IMG/VR virus record: IMGVR_UViG_3300047476_001831
Coordinates: 1 to 64,000 of that record
Source: a virus
DNA length: 64,000 nt
Reading direction: 5' to 3' (one strand)
The position numbers and the translations under genes are program-made. Of this stretch, positions 58,042 through 64,000 are shown one piece after another; position 1 is the first letter of the stretch, and every line of letters begins with the position of its first letter. The notes beneath the pieces are model-generated. The model had not been told where the DNA came from. It worked only from the letters and a program-made list of their open reading frames with translations, and did no database searches.

Positions 58042-59817
58042 ATGGAACAAAATCAAAACAACTTAACGGTTTGGCAAAGGTTATCTCATGCGTTTGGTCC
58101 CAACGCACTATTGAATCAGGATTATCCGACTTATAAGTTTGATAAAAAAGAACTTTTAAGAACAACTTCCAAACAAGAATATGAAAAGGAACTACTTCAG
58201 GCTCAACAAACATATTATTTAGCAAATCAATGGACAAAAATTGAAAGTAATTTATATACACAAGCGGTATATTATGAACCAACAAGATTAGCATCGTTTT
58301 ATGATTATGAATCTATGGAATATACACCTGAAATATCTGCAGCATTAGACATTTATGGAGAAGAATCAACAACAGTTGATGAGGATGGGTTTATGTTACA
58401 GATTTATTCAGAATCTAAACGTATTAAAGGTATTTTAGCCGACTTATTTAATAATATTTTGGATATCAACACCAACTTACCTATGTGGACAAGAAACACA
58501 TGTAAGTATGGTGATAACTTTGTTTATCTCAAATTAGACCCTGAAAAGGGTGTTGTTGGTTGTATGCAATTACCAAACATTGAAATTGAACGTTTAGAAA
58601 GAGGTATGCCAGCACAAGCAAGTAGACAAAACGTTGAAGAACCTGCTGAAAACAAAGGTTTGAGATTTAAGTGGAAGGCTAAAGATATGGAGTTCAATTC
58701 ATGGGAAATTGCTCACTTCCGTTTATTAGGTGATGACAGAAAACTTCCTTACGGTACATCTATGTTAGAAAAGGCAAGACGTATTTGGAAACAATTATTG
58801 TTATCTGAGGATGCTATGTTAATATATAGAACTTCACGTGCACCTGAAAGAAGGGTATTCAAAGTATTTGTTGGTAATATGGATGATAAAGATGTTGAAC
58901 CATATGTACAACGTGTTGCAAATAAATTTAAACGTAGTCAAGTTGTAGATTCTCAAACAGGTAATGTTGATATGAGATTCAATCAAATGGCAGTTGACCA
59001 AGATTATTTTATTCCTGTTAGAGATGCCGCACAAACAATGCCAATTGAGACTTTGCCTGGTGGACAAAATTTAGGTGAAATTGCTGATATTGAATATATT
59101 CAAAAGAAATTATTAACCGCTTTACGTGTACCAAAAGCTTTCTTAGGTTTTGAAGAACCTGTTGGTGATGGTAAAAACTTATCATTGATAGACATCCGTT
59201 TTGCTAGAACAATCAATAGAATACAAAAATCTATGATTGCAGAATTAAATAAAATTGCTATCATACATTTATTCCTTTTGGGGTTTGAAGATGAATTAAA
59301 CAACTTTACTTTAGGATTAACCAATCCTTCAAGTCAAGCTGATTTATTGAAGATTGATATTTGGAAAGAAAAAATCGCATTATACAAAGAATGTGTTACG
59401 CCAATTGGTGGAACAGCTCCAACTTCTATTACTTGGGCTAAAAAACACATTTTAGGTTTTTCTGAAGATGAGATTAAAAATGACTTACAACAACAAAGAA
59501 TTGAAAAGGCAGTTGATGCCGAACTTACAAATACTGCAACAATCATAACTAAAACAGGTGTATTTGATATGGTTGATAAATTATACACTCAAAAAAGTGG
59601 TACTACTGCGGGTGGTGCTGCACCACCTCCACCAGCTGGGGCACCTACAACACCGGAAATTCCAGGAGGAATACCTGAAAGTACTAAAAAAGACAATTTG
59701 AAAATACTATTAGAAAGTAAAAGTATTTTAGACGAAGATGGTTACATAGATTTATCTAAAGGTAAAAATTACTTAGGAGAAATGGAAGCTGAATTGAATA
59801 AACTTATTAATGACTAA
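58042..59817 (+). CDS. Portal protein (T4 gp20-like)
   Basis: PEISAALDI, LLSEDAMLIYRTSRAPERRVF, DYFIP, IETLPGG, DIEY..KKL..ALRVP. Confidence 0.93.
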   Translation: MEQNQNNLTVWQRLSHAFGPNALLNQDYPTYKFDKKELLRTTSKQEYEKELLQAQQTYYLANQWTKIESNLYTQAVYYEPTRLASFYDYESMEYTPEISAALDIYGEESTTVDEDGFMLQIYSESKRIKGILADLFNNILDINTNLPMWTRNTCKYGDNFVYLKLDPEKGVVGCMQLPNIEIERLERGMPAQASRQNVEEPAENKGLRFKWKAKDMEFNSWEIAHFRLLGDDRKLPYGTSMLEKARRIWKQLLLSEDAMLIYRTSRAPERRVFKVFVGNMDDKDVEPYVQRVANKFKRSQVVDSQTGNVDMRFNQMAVDQDYFIPVRDAAQTMPIETLPGGQNLGEIADIEYIQKKLLTALRVPKAFLGFEEPVGDGKNLSLIDIRFARTINRIQKSMIAELNKIAIIHLFLLGFEDELNNFTLGLTNPSSQADLLKIDIWKEKIALYKECVTPIGGTAPTSITWAKKHILGFSEDEIKNDLQQQRIEKAVDAELTNTATIITKTGVFDMVDKLYTQKSGTTAGGAAPPPPAGAPTTPEIPGGIPESTKKDNLKILLESKSILDEDGYIDLSKGKNYLGEMEAELNKLIND

Positions 59818-59838
59818 TATTTATAATTAAAAACAATT

Positions 59839-60555
59839 ATGAAATTTGGAGTATTAAAATCAAAAATAGATTATGTTCTTTCAGAATCATTTAAGAATGA
59901 AGAACATTTTAAAGAAGAAGTTAAATTATTCAAAAAGAATATATTAGAAAACAAAACACTAAGTAAACTTTTTTACTTATATGACGAATTAAATTCTAAA
60001 AAGGGAGTTGATAAAAATATTGTCAACGATTACATAAATGAATCTGTAACAGTTTATGAAAACTTAATTAATAAACTTAAAAGAAAGGATTTAATAAATG
60101 TAAATCAATGGTTATTGGGGGTTAAAGTTGACAATAGTTATGAACATATTGACAATTTGTTTTCAACTGATATTCTCAAACTTGAAAACAAAATACAGAG
60201 TAAAAAAATTATTGCAGAATCACTAACCCAAAAATTAAAGGAAAACAAAGAACTTATCAATATCCCTATAAGTTCTATGATTAAATTAGCCAATAAGACT
60301 ATCAAAAATTTTGTTGAGGGGTTAAATGAAAGTGACAAACAAGAGTTAATTAAATTATTGTCTGAGGATGATAATACACTAGAAAGTAGATATAATGTTA
60401 TAAAAGAAGAAGTAATCGGTAAATTAACCAATCACAAAATGAATTCTGATTCTGAAACTTCTTATAAGATTGAAGAAACAATTACAAAAATCAAACAAGA
60501 TAAGTTTGACAAATTATCTTTCTACAAACTAAATAACTTGAATAATAATCTTTAA
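59839..60555 (+). CDS. Head-module hypothetical protein
   Basis: Position between portal and protease. Confidence 0.7.
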   Translation: MKFGVLKSKIDYVLSESFKNEEHFKEEVKLFKKNILENKTLSKLFYLYDELNSKKGVDKNIVNDYINESVTVYENLINKLKRKDLINVNQWLLGVKVDNSYEHIDNLFSTDILKLENKIQSKKIIAESLTQKLKENKELINIPISSMIKLANKTIKNFVEGLNESDKQELIKLLSEDDNTLESRYNVIKEEVIGKLTNHKMNSDSETSYKIEETITKIKQDKFDKLSFYKLNNLNNNL

Positions 60556-60746
60556 TTGTTTTCTTTTCTTCTGAAATTTTCAGAATAGATTGCTTTTTTA
60601 ATCTCCGTTCTTTTTTTCACGGATTTTTTTGTGAAATCTTTTCTATTCTTTAGTTCAGTCATCAACTTGGTTTTGATTACTTTACTTTTGAATATCTTTA
60701 ATGCTTTTTCAAGTGGGGTTTTACTGTCTACGTTTACGATTAACAT
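60552..60746 (-). CDS. rpsU: Ribosomal protein bS21
   Basis: LEKALKIFKSK..K...EL..RK.F.K.SV.KR....KA. Confidence 0.85.
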   Translation of the reverse strand: MLIVNVDSKTPLEKALKIFKSKVIKTKLMTELKNRKDFTKKSVKKRTEIKKAIYSENFRRKENN

Positions 60747-60832
60747 ACTTTTAGTTTATGATGATTATTTTTGACTATTAATATATAATTATTTATTTTT
60801 TTTCACAAGAATAAACTTAAAAAATATTATGA

Positions 60833-61285
60833 ATGAAAAAAGGTAAAACCTGTAAAATACAGGGATTCAAAACAACGAAAGTAGTGTATGGTACAACTGA
60901 CTCTTTTGATTTAAAATCAATCTATCTAAATTTACAGACTTGGGTTGAACCAAAAGAAGAACTTGAAAAGTGGGATAGAGTTGTATTAAACTTTTCAAGA
61001 CAAATCAAACACACAATATACAATCATATAAATACAAAATTGTTTGAAAAAAACTTTATTTCTGATTTAGATTTACGTTCTAGTGGACTTTTAATCAACA
61101 AAAAATCTTTCTTAAATCTAGAGGTAAATTTCTTCTTAAAAGAAAAAGAATTAGATTTTAAATCAACCATTCTCAAAAATGAATTAAAGGATTTAACAAA
61201 AAAAATTATTCAAGAAAACTTTAATAACAACCCTTATTTCTCCTTCACTCTCACAAAAAAGTGTAAAAACGAAGTTGGTGAATAA
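60833..61285 (+). CDS. Conserved hypothetical protein
   Basis: ORF track. Confidence 0.7.
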   Translation: MKKGKTCKIQGFKTTKVVYGTTDSFDLKSIYLNLQTWVEPKEELEKWDRVVLNFSRQIKHTIYNHINTKLFEKNFISDLDLRSSGLLINKKSFLNLEVNFFLKEKELDFKSTILKNELKDLTKKIIQENFNNNPYFSFTLTKKCKNEVGE

Positions 61286-61327
61286 TAAATATAAAACTTT
61301 TAATATTTATTAATAAAAAATCACAAC

Positions 61328-62047
61328 ATGAATTTAAGACTTATTAAACCTGGAGAAATAGGTAAAGGTATTTTAATTGAAAATGATGGCTGGGTTTCAC
61401 CAACAAGTGAAAAGAATTCCTATATAATGGAACAAAAAACTTTGTTGGACTATTCTAAACCTTTTGAGTTTTATGCTGTACTACAAAAATATAACACACC
61501 AAATAGAAATGGTAGAATATATCCTGAAAGGATATTAAAGAGAGAAGCTGAAAATTATAAAAAAATGATTGCCAAGGGTACATCATTATCTGAGTTAAAT
61601 CACCCAGAATCATCTTTAATTGATTTGGATAGAGTTTCACACATTATTACAGACGTATGGTGGGAAGGACCTATTTTGATGGGTAAACTAAAATTATTAA
61701 CTTCACCAGGTTTTCACGAAAGAGGTATTGTATCAACAAAAGGAGATATGGCCGCTAACTATCTAAGACAAGGTGTTACATTAGGTATATCATCTCGTGG
61801 TGTAGGTTCACTTAAAAAGGTTGGGGAACAAAATGAAGTTCAAGACGATTTTGAACTTATATGTTTTGACTTAGTATCTTCTCCATCAACACCGGGTGCT
61901 TATTTATTTTTGAACAAAGAGGATAGAGATATGTATGCTGAAAACTTAGAAGAAGATAAAAGAGTTGCTATGGAAAGAAATGTTGGAGATTTTGGAAACA
62001 AATCTCTTGACTTAATGAAAAGATTAAACGATTATTTGGGATATTAA
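61328..62047 (+). CDS. Prohead core protease (T4 gp21-like)
   Basis: NRNGRIYP, ELNHP, VSH.I, LGISSRGVGS, DLVSSPSTPGA. Confidence 0.93.
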   Translation: MNLRLIKPGEIGKGILIENDGWVSPTSEKNSYIMEQKTLLDYSKPFEFYAVLQKYNTPNRNGRIYPERILKREAENYKKMIAKGTSLSELNHPESSLIDLDRVSHIITDVWWEGPILMGKLKLLTSPGFHERGIVSTKGDMAANYLRQGVTLGISSRGVGSLKKVGEQNEVQDDFELICFDLVSSPSTPGAYLFLNKEDRDMYAENLEEDKRVAMERNVGDFGNKSLDLMKRLNDYLGY

Positions 62048-62070
62048 GTTAAACCAAAAAAATTAAAGAA

Positions 62071-62286
62071 ATGGAAAACGGACAAAAATATTTCGTTGCA
62101 AAAATTAGTGAAGATTTAGTAGACGAAGAATCTGGAAAAGTAAAAAAGATTAAACTTGAAAAATTGGTGATGGGTTACAATCCAACCGATGTTGAAGCAA
62201 AAGTCACCAAAATCTATGAACATTACACAATGGATTGGAGAATTACAGCAATTGTGGAAAGTAAAATAGATGAAGTAATTGAGTAA
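62071..62286 (+). CDS. Small conserved protein (DUF4494-like)
   Basis: GKVKKI.E..LV....T..EA, I..I.ESKI.EV. Confidence 0.6.
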   Translation: MENGQKYFVAKISEDLVDEESGKVKKIKLEKLVMGYNPTDVEAKVTKIYEHYTMDWRITAIVESKIDEVIE

Positions 62287-62452
62287 AATTTAATAGAAAC
62301 TTAAAAAAGGGTAGTCAAATATTTGGCTACCCTTGTTTTTTTTTTATATCAAACGATATTTATTGTTATCGTAAAATGAATTTTTTGTGTGTACATAAAA
62401 CACTACAAAAGATTTTTTTAATAAACTAATATATTTATATATAAAAACAAAA

Positions 62453-63967
62453 ATGACAGAAAAAAAATCATTAGTTGAAGAAGCAATACTACAGATGAAA
62501 AATCTAGAAGAAGCTGTTGCTGAAAACGCAAAAGGAATACTTGCCTCTACTATGAGACAAGAAATCAAAGACTTGGTAAAAGAATCTCTCAAAGAAGAAG
62601 AAGACGATGAAGAGATTGAAAGTGATGACGAAATGGAAGATTCAGAAGACATAGCTGACATCGAGTTCTCTGATGAAGATGAAGACATGGACGAAATGGA
62701 CATGGATGATGAAATGGAGGATGAAGATGAAATGGATATGGAAGATGAAGATGAAATGGATATGTCTGAACTTGATATGGAGGGTGACACAATAGACCTC
62801 ACAAATCAACCTACATCACAAGTGCTTAAAGTTTTCAAACTTTTGAGTCCTGAAGATGAAATTATTGTTACTAAGGACGATTCTGGAAACATCAATCTTA
62901 AAGACAATGCAACCGATAAGGAATATATGATTGTTTCTGAAGGTGAATTTGGAATGGATGAAGAGATGTACGAAATGGAAGACGAAATGTACGAAATGGA
63001 TGACATGGGAAAAGAAATGTACGAAATGGAAGACGAAATGTACGAAATGAATCACATGGATGAAGAAATGTACGAAATGGAGGACGAACTAAACATCGAA
63101 GATGAATTAGAAGATGTTTTCAGTGAAGAAGATACTGAAACAATTTATGAGGTTGAATTAGATGACGAATCTGAATTTGATTTAGATGAAATGGATTCTG
63201 AAGAAGAGGAATTTATGATGGAATCTAAAAAAATGAAAAAAGGATTCAAACCTAAAGGAATGAACTTAGGCGATGCAAAATCTTATAAAATTTCACCAAA
63301 ACCAAATATGGAAGGTGGTTTCAAAGTTGTAAAAACTAAAGCTGACAAAACTATGGGAACTGGAAGTGCATCTTCTTTCAAATATGGTAAAGTTGATGAT
63401 GGTGATTTCAAAATCAAACCTAAAGCTAGAAAAGAAACTAAAGAAGGTATGATGAAAATGCCTAAGAAAATGGAAACAAAAGAGGCTTCTCGTACTTATG
63501 CAATGGGTTCTAAAAGTGGTCGTGGTTTAAGAAAAGGTATTACACCTAATAGAAATCTTACATTTGAATCTACAGATTCTCAAGAATTGAATCTACTTAG
63601 AGAAAAAAATGAAGAGTACAGAAAAGCATTAAATATTTTTAGAAATAAACTTAATGAAGTTGCAATCTTTAATTCAAACTTGGCGTACGCAACAAGATTG
63701 TTTACAGAACACTCAACTTCTAAACAAGAAAAAATTAATATTCTAAAAAGATTTGATGGTGTTGAAACTCTTAAAGAATCTAAAAATCTTTATAAAGTTA
63801 TAAAAGACGAATTATCAAGTAATATTTCACAACCAATTACTGAATCTGTTGAAAGAACAATTGAAAAAACACCTTCAACTGGTTCTGCAATTAACTTGAT
63901 TGAATCAAAAACTTACGAAAATCCTCAATTCATGAGAATGAAGGATTTAATGTCAAAATTAAAATAA
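62453..63967 (+). CDS. Prohead core/scaffolding protein
   Basis: Very acidic; C-terminal LNEVAIFNSNLAYA..LF coiled coil; follows the protease. Confidence 0.75.
   Translation: MTEKKSLVEEAILQMKNLEEAVAENAKGILASTMRQEIKDLVKESLKEEEDDEEIESDDEMEDSEDIADIEFSDEDEDMDEMDMDDEMEDEDEMDMEDEDEMDMSELDMEGDTIDLTNQPTSQVLKVFKLLSPEDEIIVTKDDSGNINLKDNATDKEYMIVSEGEFGMDEEMYEMEDEMYEMDDMGKEMYEMEDEMYEMNHMDEEMYEMEDELNIEDELEDVFSEEDTETIYEVELDDESEFDLDEMDSEEEEFMMESKKMKKGFKPKGMNLGDAKSYKISPKPNMEGGFKVVKTKADKTMGTGSASSFKYGKVDDGDFKIKPKARKETKEGMMKMPKKMETKEASRTYAMGSKSGRGLRKGITPNRNLTFESTDSQELNLLREKNEEYRKALNIFRNKLNEVAIFNSNLAYATRLFTEHSTSKQEKINILKRFDGVETLKESKNLYKVIKDELSSNISQPITESVERTIEKTPSTGSAINLIESKTYENPQFMRMKDLMSKLK
62958..63087 (+). 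repeat. Coding tandem repeat (EMYEMED; 21-bp unit GAAATGTACGAAATGGAAGAC)
   Basis: Five EMYEM copies. Confidence 0.8.
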
Positions 63968-64000
63968 TAAATCAATAAACTCGCTAAAAAACAAAAACAA

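Noticed and set aside
62590-63220. Repeats as a regulatory or mobile element
   Set aside because: In-frame low-complexity acidic coding repeats of the scaffold protein
1-64000. Alternative genetic code or suppressor tRNA
   Set aside because: Core genes are intact in the standard code and no CTA, TTA or TCA anticodon was found

Overview
AT-rich 64 kb segment of a large T4-like/jumbo phage. A Bacteroidetes host is inferred from TTTG-N19/20-TAnnTTTG promoters, a bS21 gene and few Shine-Dalgarno sites. In order it carries: a partial GH19 endolysin, a two-kinase/one-receiver signalling cassette, a stand-alone class II aaRS-like (AsnA-type) enzyme, DnaK, a GuaC/IMPDH-family enzyme, putative internal head proteins, a DUF2828/TROVE-like vWA protein followed by three related structured RNA units, and about 25 tRNA genes in two clusters covering all 20 amino acids. 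One tRNA-Leu(TAA) is split by a group I intron whose HNH ORF runs through the ribozyme core. Accessory genes, tmRNA, a ClpC-like ATPase and the head module (TerL, portal, bS21, prohead protease, scaffold) follow. The main finding: each tRNA cluster is preceded by a short leader ORF plus terminator/antiterminator, and the leader codons match, almost one for one, the tRNAs of that cluster. This suggests ribosome-mediated attenuators that sense tRNA shortage and induce the matching phage tRNAs. All calls were made by eye; no searches were run.
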